Positions 44,459-56,470 of a DNA stretch of 64,000 bases are shown piece by piece. How positions within the stretch are numbered: the first letter of the stretch is position 1; each line of letters begins with the position of its first letter. Location: NCBI GenBank assembly GCA_951406725.2, contig OX597831.1, forward strand, positions 66,340,001 to 66,404,000, in the 5' to 3' direction. The notes under the pieces were generated by a model that worked only from the letters and a program-made list of their open reading frames with translations, was not told the origin of the DNA and searched no databases. The position numbers and the translations under genes are program-made. Source of the DNA: Octopus vulgaris. Lineage: Eukaryota.

Positions 44459-44662
44459 CTGTTGCAAGAGCTGAACTCAAGAGATGGGAGAGAAAGCAGC
44501 ACCTTCTCCTTTCCAAACCAGCTCCTTCTATCCCTTGTCCACAATGTCCCCGTATGTTTCATGCAACCCTTGGATTGCGGAGCCATCTGCAGTTCAAACA
44601 CCCAGAAAAATGAACTGGACTGCAAGCTCGGAAACACGAGACGCAGCCAACAACAACAATAC
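44459..44662 (+). mobile_element. RTE LINE 3' tip with a C2H2 finger and (CAA)n tail
   Basis: Frame reading IPCPQCPRMFHATLGLRSHLQFKHPEK*, short 3' UTR, caacaacaacaa. Confidence 0.7.
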
Positions 44663-45168
44663 TATAATAATAATTATACATACATACATACATAAAATAT
44701 ATTGTCTTGTATGTTAGAAATATACAACACCTTACTTCAATACTATGAGGACTAAGATCTCTGTTGACAAGCTGCTCATATATAATCTTAGCTACTTAGG
44801 TTAAGTTTCTTTATTTGGACAGGCAAAGTTGTGATGTTGCTGTTGATGTAGTGATTAGCACAGCACTGTTTACAGCAGATGCTGCGTTTGAATTCTACGT
44901 GTAATGTTACAGGTTTTTTTCTACGTTCTATATTAGATACATATAATACTGAAATGCTGCATGATCTGAGAGGCAGCGGATATATAATTTTAGTTACTTT
45001 GGTCAAGTTCCTTAATTTGGCTGGTCAAAGTTGTGATGCTGTTTTGAGTATGAAAGTTAGCACAGTTATATAATTTACAGAGGATGTGGCAATTGAATGC
45101 CACAAGTGAAGTTACAACTAATTTTATTTCTTCTTCATTCCCTCCCAGTACACACACACACACACACA

Positions 45169-45220
<52 letters not shown>

Positions 45221-46395
45221 ATATATATATATTAATCTTTTGTTTGTATGCCAAATTTTATATAAAAACAACTTAAAATTAAACTGACAAATTACTCAAT
45301 ATTATTCATATTACTTAATGCTTATTAAACTTTTACAAGAGGAGAGGTGACAGTGATTTCAAAGTGACAATGTTTCAATGCTGTTGCTTTTATAATGCAA
45401 AAAGAATACACATTTTTAAAATTAATGACAAAATGGTAATTTATAAAAGCAAAGGAACCAAATTTCTGCTTAAGATAGACATCTATCATCAGTTCAGACT
45501 TAGTAACAAGTAACTGATTGACTTATGGATGCGGAGCTTTGAGGAAAGCTGTGTCATAATTAGTATTTATTCTATGCTTTGAGCATGCCATGAGATGAAG
45601 GTCAGTTTCAGATTTAAAATTTGTGTTACACAAAGTCAGTAAGATATAAAGCCATGCTATTTATTAATACACAAGTAGTAGTTAATGACCATAACATTGC
45701 CAATTACTAATGATAGACTGCATCAGCCTGCATAAGATGGATGTCAACCACATTGGTTGAAGCAGTAATGTATTGAGATTTTCTGAAGTGGAATATAGCA
45801 CTTTCCTTTAACAACACTGTACATGATAGCCAGAAAATTACTAAAAACCTCAGTAGTAATTTATGCTCTAAGTATAAGGTTAACCACAGAGATTGGTGCT
45901 TTATCTGAGAGTAATGGCACTTATTAAGTAAAAAATATACTTTTTCTGGTATTAATATTAAATAAAAATCTCAAAAATATATGGAAGTTCCAGATACAAA
46001 GCTTACATTTTTTTCTGTGAAGATTACTATTGAAAATTCATACAGGGCAGTTACATTACGTTATGGAGGGGTAGCTTTAAATTTGTAAATATAAGGGTTT
46101 TAGCTCAGAATAATATTTTCTATGTTTGAAAGGTTTTCAGTTATTTAATGGTTAAATAAGTATATTTTTTCATTAAATTATCCCCATGTTGAGAATGGTC
46201 TCTGTCTATCTCTACCTCACATTCTCAACATCTCTTGGAGACTGAGAGGAGAGTAAGAGATAGAAATGGTAGAATGCCAGATTAGCTGCCTTGTAGATTA
46301 TAGCTTAGCAGTTTTACAACTGAATTCAAATCTTATAGGGTAGTTATATTTTTAGGAGGAATTGGTATTACAACTAGTCAGAATATATATATATA

Positions 46396-46690
46396 GTGGA
46401 GGCGAAATAGCCCAGTGGTTAGGGCAGCGGACTTGCAGTGGTATGATCGCGGTTTCGATTCCCAGACTGGCATTTATTGAGCGAAAACACCTAAAGCCCC
46501 ACGAGGCTCCGGCAGGGTGGTGGTGGCGAACCCTGCTGTACTCTTTCGCCACAACTTTCTCTCACTCTTTCTTCTGTCGGCCTGCTCGCTTAGCCAGCGG
46601 GGTGGCATCTTTTGAAGGCTAAAACAATGCGACGCGCATTGTGACCAGCGATGTGTAGCAACATCTGATAGCCTGGTTGGTCACGGTGAT
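46396..46690 (+). mobile_element. tRNA-derived SINE inserted in a short (TA)n
   Basis: A box tagcccagtggtt, B box ggtttcgattcc; atatatatatagt on both flanks. Confidence 0.85.
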
Positions 46691-46749
46691 ATATATATAG
46701 TCAGTTTAAAACATCTTCATTTTGTGCACAAAGTGATTCAGAAAGAGGT

Positions 46750-47175
46750 ATTACAAACGACATAATCGTTTATATTTGCAACTACTGAATTTCAATCCGA
46801 TAATCAGAAAATCAATTCCTGATATTACAAAGACTCACATGAAGTCTACACTGGAGTAAGAATATAGCTGCTGCTGTTGCTGCTGAACACACAGACATCT
46901 TAGACTGCATCTAGAAGAGGGCACACGATTGGTATGAAGTCACTCACAGAAATGTTCCAGATTCTGGCCCATAGTGTCTTCTCTCTACTGCTGCTATAAT
47001 GGCCTCTGCTCCACAGAATTGATTGGCCTCATGTCACCTCTACTCAGGCATTTCTGACCCACTTACCTCTTCTCCCTTCATTCTCCTTGTTGTGTCCAAG
47101 ACTTACATTAAAGACATAGCATAACATAATTTTCTAAAAAAAACCTTTTATTATTGTCCAAATATATCAGAATTT
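46750..47175 (+). repeat. ~420-bp sequence repeated in inverted orientation at 51481-51903
   Basis: ttacaaacgacataatcg...ccaaatatatcagaattt versus its reverse complement, with few substitutions and indels. Confidence 0.9.
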
Positions 47176-47891
47176 TCTTCTTGCCTTATTGAAGTTTTAA
47201 AATACAATTTTGGGTGGGAGGGGAAGAAAGAAGCATTCATAAACTTAGTAAGTCTTTGCAAATTGATGAGGCTGATGCAATAGATTTTCAAGTTCTGTAT
47301 ATTGATGTCAGTAGGGAAAATGTTAAGATGGATAAATTTCCAGATAGCAGCAATTCTGAGGAAAATGGTTTGAATGAATTGTTTAGTGAAGTATAAGAGA
47401 TAATCAAAAAGAGAATGCTGAATGAAGTAAAGTTACTTATAAGAGAACATGATATAAGATTGTGAGACTAACCTCATCAACAACATGAGCATTTTTCATT
47501 ATATTTTTCTTTTAGGTGAATCCATCAATTCTGAGAGCCGTATTCTTCTTGAGAACTTTGAGCAGCAATTGGAGCAAGAATGTTGCATGTTACCTTAGCT
47601 GTTGCAGTCTCATCACTCACTTTCATTTTTTAGCAGTTGTATATTATGTTAGAGAGTTGTACTGTAGCACCACTTGTATGGATTTTATTAATATTACTAC
47701 ACCTAAGATGTGGTCACATGACCTGCTAGAAATAGCAATTAAATTCCCTTAAATAACATACAACCAAATTTAAAAAGAAAAAAAAGAAGGCAACATTGAG
47801 CAGTATATTGCTAGCTATACAAAAATTATAATGTAATGGTTGAAACACATTCAACCATAAAACTGCTCAGTGAGAGATTATTTAAGGTTAA

Positions 47892-48114
47892 CCCTTTAGT
47901 GTTTACATTATTCTGCCAAAATTAATGCTTCTTCATCTACATTGTCTTGTAGTTATGAGATGCATTATCTTGTAGTTATGAGATTTTGATGAAGTAGCTG
48001 TTAATTTTTAAAACAATATTGTAGGGTTGGTCTGAGAGACCAGATCTGGCAAGTTTGAACATAAAACAAGCAGAATACTTTTGGCCGGATATGGCCGGTT
48101 TAAATGCTAAAGGG
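47892..48114. mobile_element. piggyBac-type MITE
   Basis: TTAA|ccctttag...ctaaaggg|TTAA. Confidence 0.9.
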
Positions 48115-48493
48115 TTAACTAACTATAACAACAATACTACGTTCTGCTAATACAACTTTACTAAAAACAAATCTTTGTAGTACATCTACTATCATCAACA
48201 TAGCTACAACTCTCACTATTAAAACTGGATGGGTATCAATGATAATCAATCAACATATATTAGCATAAAAGATATTTACAGACTGATGTGGAACAAAAAA
48301 AAAATTGGAAAACAGGTAGCAACTAAAATTGTGGTGGAGATCTGACATTTTACTAAAATTGCATATAAAGACCTCATACATCTCTAAAGAAGTGTGCCAT
48401 CAGATCAACCTAAAATATGTAGTGTGATATGATAGCCTTTTTATTTAGTTTAATACCCATAGCTTTGTTTCTTGACAGTAAAAAGTAAGTACT

Positions 48494-48933
48494 GTCACGT
48501 TCATGTTAGATTGACAGTATACAACCATTCTATCGCCCCACCACCGTACATGTCTCTACGCGAGATTTAGAAATTTAGTATTTCTGATTTTGATAATCAG
48601 TGAATAGACTTCACTGAAATTTAGATATATACATTGTGAGTCGAGGCAAGTATCAACGGCTGACCGATGTCTGCTACTCTAGGCCAACGAAGGACAATCA
48701 TCCTGAAACACGTGTCCCTAGATGCAGCCCGGGCAGCTGGGGGTATTTGTCTCCCCTTCGTAAATGTATATAAGGACACAGAAAAAATGTGTCAAAGCCA
48801 TCAGGAGGCATCGATGCTTCCTAGGGCTATACAGCGGTGGTGTCACGTTCGTGTTAGATTGACAGTATACAACCATTCTATCGCCCCACCACCGTACATG
48901 TCTCTATGAGAGATTTAGAAATTTAGCATTTCC
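48494..48933 (+). mobile_element. Retrozyme-like insertion: 1.26 copies of a 348-bp unit with a type I hammerhead, 14-bp TSD
   Basis: 92-bp direct repeat at 48493-48584 and 48841-48932; TSD aaaaagtaagtact at 48480-93 and 48934-47; HHR at 48678-48722. Confidence 0.8.
48678..48722 (+). ncRNA. Type I hammerhead fold with a mutated core (CCAACGA)
   Basis: TCTAGG-CCAACGA-AGGA caatca TCCT-GAA-ACACGTGT-C^CCTAGA; all three stems are perfect. Confidence 0.75.
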
Positions 48934-49187
48934 AAAAAGTAAGTACTTAAATATAAAACCATAGCTTTATGTTGTAGCTGCTCTTTTGTGTATTTATCAT
49001 ATAAATAGTTAAATATGTATAAAAATTTCATTTGTTACAAAGTGAAAAATGTACCAATTTTGGAGGACAGTGAAATGTATTTTTCACAAGACCAATTCAT
49101 AACAACTAACACACCAGGTAGACCAAGACCATTTTTGTAAGCAAAAGAACTATGCATAGGAGAAAGACAGGACCAGGAGAAACTTAC

Positions 49188-49297
49188 CTTTTGCTATTGT
49201 TAGAAGTAGAAGCTTTTAGTATTGTGACATTTCCTACATTAATTATTGGATTATCAGGAAATTTTATCAACAGTTTTTGGCCACCACACTCCACTCC
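49188..49297 (-). CDS. Probable 110-nt internal exon of an unidentified host gene
   Basis: Minus strand ttttatctttattttacAG|GGAGTG...CAAAAG|GTaagt; open frame GVECGGQKLLIKFPDNPIINVGNVTILKASTSNNSK; the start loosely resembles the end of an RRM (inference). Confidence 0.65.
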
Positions 49298-50359
49298 CTG
49301 TAAAATAAAGATAAAATGAAACCAAGATAGAAAGAAAAGAAGGAACTAAAATCTATATGAATTGATAATAATTCATATAGCGTTCCTATCTGTCTTTTCC
49401 ATGTCATTAAGAAAAGTTACAACTCAAATTTATATATATATAAACAATAAATTAAATAGAGAAATACAATTGACAATCTAACAATTTATTTATAATATAA
49501 TATAAAATAAATATAACATACAAAAATTATAAAAAAAATAAAAAAGCCAACAATTTGTTTTGACATATACATTATTTGATTTATAAACGGTTCATATCCA
49601 TGTACACAAGTCTCTTCAGGGTTTTGGTTCAAAAAGACTGATGGAATTCCACCTAAAAGGACTACCAAATTGCAAAATACTGATTGTTTAGGAGCATGAG
49701 TATTGACTATTCAGATACATAACAAGTACCATAAAAGAACAGATTTATAACCAACAAAATAATTAAGTAAAGAAAATCTACAACTGTCAAAAAATGTTTC
49801 TATATATCTCCAATAATGTTAATTCGAATGCATTTAAGTCGAAAACAATCACTGGCTATTTTAATAATATATAAATAAAGTATTAGAGTCCTACTTAGTT
49901 TTAGAGATGGTAATAAATCGTGTAAATCAATATTTATTCTATAAATATTTCTAGTATATCAACTAACTATTTATTTATATGCAATACTTTTCAAATATTT
50001 ATAATTACTCAAAGAAAATAAATATAAATTATATATAATGATAATATAGTATCATATTAATATAATGATAAAATAGAATAACACTTCTCATTTATTTCAA
50101 GTTACAGATATAAATATTGTTCAAAGTGATTCACAAATAATGTTCTTTATTTAGGTACTTTATTAAAGGGAGGACTCAGTAAGTAAAATAAACAAAGACT
50201 TAAATCTACAACAATTATAACCTATATTATTTCTTAGATAAAGGATATAATAGACTATAAATATAAATGATAAATATCAAGATTTTACTAAGTTTTTCAG
50301 AAGTAACTAAATTAGAAGTTACTGGAATTAAGATTCTTTGAAGTAACTAAAAGATAATG

Positions 50360-50606
50360 CAGTTCTATATTTAAGAGATAAGGAATTATGTACGTTATTT
50401 ACATTCGACGGATATTTGTCCTCATCTTGTTTGTTGTTAATACGTTTCAACTGATATACCCTCCAGCCTTCATCAGGTGTCTTGGGGAAATTCCAAACCT
50501 GGGTTCTTATTCCAAAGGTATTTTTTTTATATTATTATAATTATTCAGGTCACTGCCTGGAATCGAACTCGGAATCTTGGGGTTTGTAGCCCGCACTCTC
50601 AACCAC
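50360..50606 (-). mobile_element. tRNA-headed short element carrying a hammerhead (left arm of an inverted pair)
   Basis: B box gagttcgattcc (50559-70, minus strand); acacCTGATGAaggctg..cagttGAAACGT at 50440-50480. Confidence 0.75.
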
Positions 50607-50608
50607 TT

Positions 50609-50823
50609 GTAGTTAAGAGTGCAGGCTACTAACCCCAAGATTCCAAGTTTGATTCCAGGCAGTGACCTGAATAATAATAATAATATCAAAAAATACCTTA
50701 GTGTGATCCCAGGTTCAAAATTTCCCCAAGACACCTGAAGAAGGCTGAAGGGTATATCAGCTGAAACGTTGTGTTAACAACAAACAAGATGAGGATAAAT
50801 ATCTGTCAAATGTAAATAATGTA
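50609..50823 (+). mobile_element. tRNA-headed short element carrying a hammerhead (right arm of an inverted pair)
   Basis: gtagttaagagtgcaggctactaacccc...aagtttgattcc head; HHR at 50731-50774. Confidence 0.75.
50731..50774 (+). ncRNA. Minimal type I hammerhead ribozyme
   Basis: ACAC-CTGAAGA-a-GGCTG aagggtatat CAGCT-GAA-ACGT-T^GTGT. Confidence 0.75.
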
Positions 50824-51480
50824 AAAAATAATGGCCCTTATTTACCTAAATTATCGGAGAACTCCATAAATATAAATAAACAAAAGCATAAACATTAAAA
50901 AAAATAGATCTACGATAAATATAACCTATATTGTTTCTTAGATAATAAACTATAAATAATATATTTCAAAATTTTACAAAGTTTTTCAGGAGTAACAAAA
51001 TTAGAGTGTTACAATAAGAATACAAGCTATAAAGTACACGATATTATAAAAAAATTATCAAACTTAGTTTGTATCACAATTAATACACAAATTTACTATT
51101 ATTCAAAAATATATAACTGTATATAATAATTGTTGCAATCTACTTATTCATACTTACACAAATGATTTCTAGAACAAATACTAAATTAGTTTATGAGAGG
51201 GAAAAAAATATATTTTTGTAATTAAAAGTTTATATATTTATAAACAAATTAGCTATTTTAAGAAAAAAAAAAACAGAAATACTTATTTGGAAATAAATGT
51301 TTTTGATCACAATATAGCATTATGTAAAATTATTCATTTATTATTATTATTATCATTAATTAATAAATTAAATTAATGTATTTATAAATGTATAATCATT
51401 TAGTATAAATAAGATAGCTTATTTGTAATTTATAATTAATATTTAACTACGAATATAATGATGTATTTTACAGTAAATAC

Positions 51481-51903
51481 AAATTCTGATATATTTGGAC
51501 AATAATAAAAGGATTTTTTTAGAAAATTATGTTATGCTATGTCTTTAATGTAAGTCTTGGACACAACAAGGATAATGAAAGGAGAAGAGGTAAGTGGGTC
51601 AGAAATGCCTGAGTGGAGGTGATATGAGGCCAATCAATTCTGTGGAGCAGAGGCCATTATAGCAGCGGTAGAGAAAAGTAGAGAGAAGACACTATGGGAC
51701 AAAATCTGGAACATTTCTGTGAGTGACTTCATACCAATCATGTGCCCTCTTCTAGATGCAGTCTAAGATGTCTGTGTGTGCAGCAGCAATGTCCTTACTC
51801 CAGCGTAGACTTCATGTGAGTCTTTGTAATATCAAGAATTGATTTTCTGATTATCAGATTGAAAATCAGTAGTTGCAAATATAAACGATTATGTCGTTTG
51901 TAA
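51481..51903 (-). repeat. Inverted copy of 46750-47175
   Basis: Direct alignment by eye. Confidence 0.9.
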
Positions 51904-52831
51904 CACATACAAAATATTATGAATTAATTCACCAGAAAATGAAATTAAAAGAAATGTAAATATTCCCAGACTGAGCCTTGTTGGTTGTTGGGCAGTAAAC
52001 ATTGAAGTTGGCTTACGTATTTTTATTCTTTTAAATTCCCTCAACGTTTGTGCTTTAATGCAATTAATTATCATCTGTTTGAACGAAACATTAATTTATA
52101 AAATATGGATAATAATAAATATTAGGACATCAAAAACATTTTTTTGAAACTCCTTGCTTGGGTTTAATGTATTAACATGTTTTCAAATGTGCTGACTGGT
52201 TATGGAATTTCTATGGGACCTGCTGGTAAAAATACTTTTATACAAAGGAGTCTAGAATGAAGTTGATATTCTCCATCAAATTATCAAAGATATATGTGAC
52301 AACCAAACTGAACATGTACATATACACAGCTGTACCACCTTATGGAGGGGGAATCAGAATTTTGAAAAATAAAAACTTGCATTTCACTCAAATCCCTTTC
52401 AATTACATTCATTCAGTTATATGCCTATCGCAGGAGGGAATTATGTTCACCAACCAATTACATATGTTACGGGTGTGGGATTCTAAAATCTATGCACCAT
52501 TATCACCTTGACTGTAGATTTTAGCATGTTCCCATATAGATAATGTTGACTGAATAAATTTCCAGGTAACACAGGCATCAGTTTGACAAGTGATATACAG
52601 AAAACTTTAGTTACAGCATTTTCAGTTTAATACGTGTATGTGTATGCATGTACGTGTCGTCATCATTTAATGTCCATTTTTCCATACTTGCATGGGTCAG
52701 ACAGAATTTGTGGAGGCAGATTTTCTACAGCCAGATGCCCTTTGTCGCCAACCCTCACCTATTTCCAAGCAAGCTAATATTACCCATTGGCCAGACATGT
52801 TTTTTTTTGGTAGACAGGAAATGAACAACAT

Positions 52832-53325
52832 TCATCATCATCATCATTGTTCGACCGTGGTCGAGACAATGGAATTTACCATGCTATGCCAGACTTCACG
52901 GTCCATCATAGCATTACGGAGGTGCTGTTGCTGGATGCCTGTATCCCTGGAGATTACATCAGGGTAGGAGAGTGTGCGCCCTCTGGTATTGCGAGTAGAT
53001 GGCTTCCAGAGGAGAAGAGTAGAAATTACTTCTTTTTCAGCTCTACAACAATGTCCAGCAAACTGGACTCTCCTACCTTTCACAAGAGATGACACAGGTG
53101 GTAGTTTCCCATATATTTGCATTTTGGTTGGATGACGCTTCCATGAGAGATTTTGAGCTCTCATAAGGAGGCGAGTGTAGGTTCCATCCAACCGCCTCTC
53201 AAGCTTCTTTGATAATGTCCAGGTTTCTGAGCCATCTAGTAGAATTGGTTCGACTGTGGCTTTGAAGATTTCAAGTTTGAAGTCTCTACTTAGATTTGAT
53301 GACCAGATCTTATGCATGTCATTAC
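52832..53325 (-). mobile_element. RTE LINE 3' fragment with (GAT)n tail, nested in an older SINE-like repeat (about 52660-53400)
   Basis: ORF 52844-53317: KLEIFKATVEPILLDGSETWTL..RRLDGTYTRLLMRAQN..RRVQFAGHC. Confidence 0.88.
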
Positions 53326-53407
53326 CTGTATGTCAGTGACGCTTGCTTACAACCATTACATGATATTAAGTCAAGAGTATACACACACACATACATACAT
53401 ACATATG

Positions 53408-53558
53408 ATAGGCTTCTTCTAGTTTCCATCAACCAAATCCCCTCACAAGACTTTGGTTAACTCAAGCCTATAGTAGAAGACACTTACCCAATGTGTCACA
53501 TAATGGAACTGGATCTGAGACCACATAGTTAGGAACCAAACTTCTTGGCACACAGCCA
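53408..53558 (-). mobile_element. tRNA-derived SINE (degenerate)
   Basis: Reverse complement tggctgtgtg..aagaagtttggttcctaac..ccagttcca..ttgggtaagtgtcttctactatagg. Confidence 0.65.
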
Positions 53559-53692
53559 TCATCATCATCGTTTAGCGTCTGCTTTCCATGGGTTGGACGG
53601 TTCAACTGGGGTCTGGGAAGCCAGAAGGCTGCACCAGGCCCAGTCTGATCTGGCAATGTTTCTACGGCTGGATGCCCTTCCTAACGCCAATG
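53558..53692 (-). mobile_element. RTE 3' end / RTE-related SINE
   Basis: Matches 9415-9570. Confidence 0.85.
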
Positions 53693-54259
53693 CCCGTGTG
53701 AGCATATATATAAATAATGAGGATATATATGAGGTGTGTGTGTGTGTATTTTGGCAACTTGTTTCTCTATGTCATGTCATTAATTTGATGTGTATGTGTG
53801 TGTAAATGTTGGCACATGATAAAATGGTAGGCTCTATTCCTGGGGTACGTAGCATGTCATGCCCTTGAACATAGCACTAGATTTCATGTTGCTACAGTTT
53901 AATCAGCTGAAATTGGTAGCAGCTGAGAGTTGGTGGAATGTGCTCACTCTCCACCATCACATCCATCATGTTCCGCTGCATCAAGAGTCGGAAGGCTGCG
54001 AAGTTGTCGACGTTGGCTAATGACTAAATGAAGACCAAAAGCAACTAGCAAAAGTAATGGCAGCTGTAGAGCATGTAAGCATACATGTGTTTATATACAC
54101 ACACACATTGTAACTTGAATTAAAGGTTATATGGGAATAAGGTGTGCTAGAAATGGCACAGCACTAACACATGAAACCTTGTGTAGGGAAATCAGTTATT
54201 GCACGTATTGTTCCCTTTTTCTACTGTTTCACTTATATACCTAGTTATACACACACATG

Positions 54260-54340
54260 GAAGGAAGGAAGGAAGGAAAGAAGGAAAGGAGGGAAGGAAG
54301 GAAAGAAGGAAGGGAGGAAGGGAGGAAGGAGGGAGGGAGG
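54260..54340. repeat. (GGAA)n / (GGGA)n purine microsatellite
   Basis: Direct reading. Confidence 0.9.
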
Positions 54341-54589
54341 ATGAATGGACAGATGGTAATTTATGCAGGCATCTTTACATTCATACATATATGTCTGAGT
54401 GTATACATATACACACACATATATATAAATGAATGCATGTGCCTTGGAGGCTTAATTAAGGCCAACTTCCTTGACATAAGATTTTATTTAATTCTCTTTA
54501 CTATCCCTACCACAAACCAAATGAATATTTGCATTACATCTATATACATTCAAACACCATGGGAGGATAATCAACTACCTTGTTCCTAA

Positions 54590-55440
54590 CATCTCTCACA
54601 GACTTTTCAATCTTCAAGTAAAGAGGTAAATTGTTACAGAAGCTGGACCCTGTTACAACAATGCACTCTGCAGAAGTGGCTATGAAGACACAATCACACT
54701 TTGAGCACTAACACACAACACACACAACACACACAACAGGAATAGAAACACAACATGGCCTACACCTCCATACTACATGAATGTAGCTCCCCAAAAAGGA
54801 AAAACTTTTTGACCCTACTTAGAAAACATTTTCCTCCAAGCCACAGATACCATAAAATCTTCATGAAAAATACAGTAAAAAAGCTTTTTCTCAAATACTC
54901 CAAACTTCAAACAAATTATTGCTTCTTGAAACACTTGCAAACTACACGAAACTAAAGAAAACCTTTCCACAACCCCTACCAGCTCAACAACAACTGTCTA
55001 GTTAACCCTTTAGCATTTCGATTATTTTGTCAAATGTAATGCTTATTTATTTGCATTGTTTTGAATAACCATGTATTATCTTGTAGCTTCAAGATTTTGA
55101 TGATATGGTTAAGTATTTTTAGAATGCCATTGTAGGGTAGGTGTAAGAGATGGGATCTGGTTGATTTGAGAGTAAAACAAGTAGAATATTAGGGCTGAAT
55201 ATGACTGGTTTAAATGCTAAAGGGTTAATGACATAGTCTACAAATGTACTGATACTGCTAACTCTTCATTCAGGGTCTACGTCAGTATGACATCCAAATC
55301 CTTTAAGCTCAGGTACAATTCTCACAATTATTCCTTTAGACATTCAAACAAAACTAACCAAACATGTTTAGCTAACTATGATAATGATCTTACAATATCA
55401 AGTCAAATATCCTCACCAAAGCTAAATTCTACTCTGGAAT
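54590..55440 (+). mobile_element. Degenerate Penelope-like element, linker + GIY-YIG region
   Basis: NFLTLLRKHFPPSHRYHKIF..NTVK; NNCLV|NDIVYKCT (rejoined across the MITE); YVSMTSKSFKLRYNSHNYSFRH. Confidence 0.8.
55006..55224. mobile_element. piggyBac-type MITE inserted in the Penelope fragment
   Basis: TTAA|ccctttagcattt...aaatgctaaaggg|TTAA with a 13-bp perfect TIR; removing it restores the Penelope reading frame. Confidence 0.92.
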
Positions 55441-55469
55441 GGAAAACTGTGCAACTTATGCTTACATGA

Positions 55470-56470
55470 AAGTTTGGAATCTTATTCTCCAAAGACACTT
55501 AACAGAGTTGCAAGAAGATTTGTTAGCTTCAGGGACTAGTGTTACACTACAAACAATCAGCAATGAACTTCATAGGAATGAACTGAAATCACGCTGTCCT
55601 AGAAAAACTCTGCTGTTGACTAAAAGGCATAGAGATGCCCGTTTAAAATTTGTTTATGAACATAAAGATAAATCTGATACATTCTGGAAAAATGTTCTAT
55701 GGACCAATGAGTTGAAAATTGAACTATTTGGACGAAATTCGCATAGCCATGTTCGGAGAAAAGATGGTATCGCCTATTTGCCGAAAAACATAATTCCTAC
55801 TGTAAAGTTTGGAGGTGGTGTGGGGGTGTTTCTCTCCAAATGATACTGGCAATTTACATGTGATAGCTGGTAGAATGAATGCAGAGATGTACCAAAATAT
55901 TTTGAACAATGATTTATGGGACTCTGTAGAAAAGCTCCAGCTTTGTGAAGGATGGGTTTTACAACAGGATAATAACCCTAAGCACACGGCGAAGTCTACC
56001 AAAAAATGGATTGTCGATCACAATATAAAATTATTAGAATGGCCAAGCCAGTCACCTGACTTGAACCCCATTGAAAATTTGTGGCGTTATTTGAAAATTA
56101 AAATTCCTCCAAGAGCCCCAACATGCATTGCAGATTTGAAGAAAATTTGTCAAGAAGAATGGGAAAAAATTCCTAAAGAAACATGCAAGTCATTGATTAA
56201 GAACTACAAGAAGAGATTGGTTGAAGTGGAACTGAATAATGGTTATGCTATGAAGTATTAAATCAGAGTTATCAGTTATTTATGTTCTGTACGAATACTT
56301 TTTTCACCCCTAAATATTTATAATTGAATATAAACTCCTTAGTTACTATAATTTATTAGTTTCTTTTGCATATTCTTAGTTTATGTATCTGTATGCAAAT
56401 ATAGTATTGGTATATCTCCTTTATGTTCATAAGAAATTAAACAAATAAAGAATTTTATTTCCCCCCACTG
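55470..56470 (+). mobile_element. Tc1-family transposon, 5'-truncated, frameshifted DD34E transposase
   Basis: FWKNVLWTNELKIELFG (first D changed to N), VWGCFS, LQQDNNPKHT, WPSQSPDLNPIENLW; right end ccccccactg|TA. Confidence 0.92.

Noticed and set aside
46396-46475. tRNA gene
   Set aside because: A and B boxes are present but there is no complete cloverleaf; the sequence continues into a SINE body that also appears at 8343-8432.
47067-47133. Second host exon on the minus strand (ttttag...GAG|gtaagt)
   Set aside because: It lies inside the inverted repeat, and the frame continuing from the 110-nt exon hits a stop; at most a cryptic exon.
47214-47460. Short purine-rich ORF (MDKFPDSSNSEENG...)
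   Set aside because: No recognisable motif or splice context; cannot be supported.
48494-48933. TRIM or mini-LTR element (repeats begin with TG)
   Set aside because: A 14-bp TSD is too long for an integrase, no PBS or PPT is evident, and the first repeat does not end in CA.
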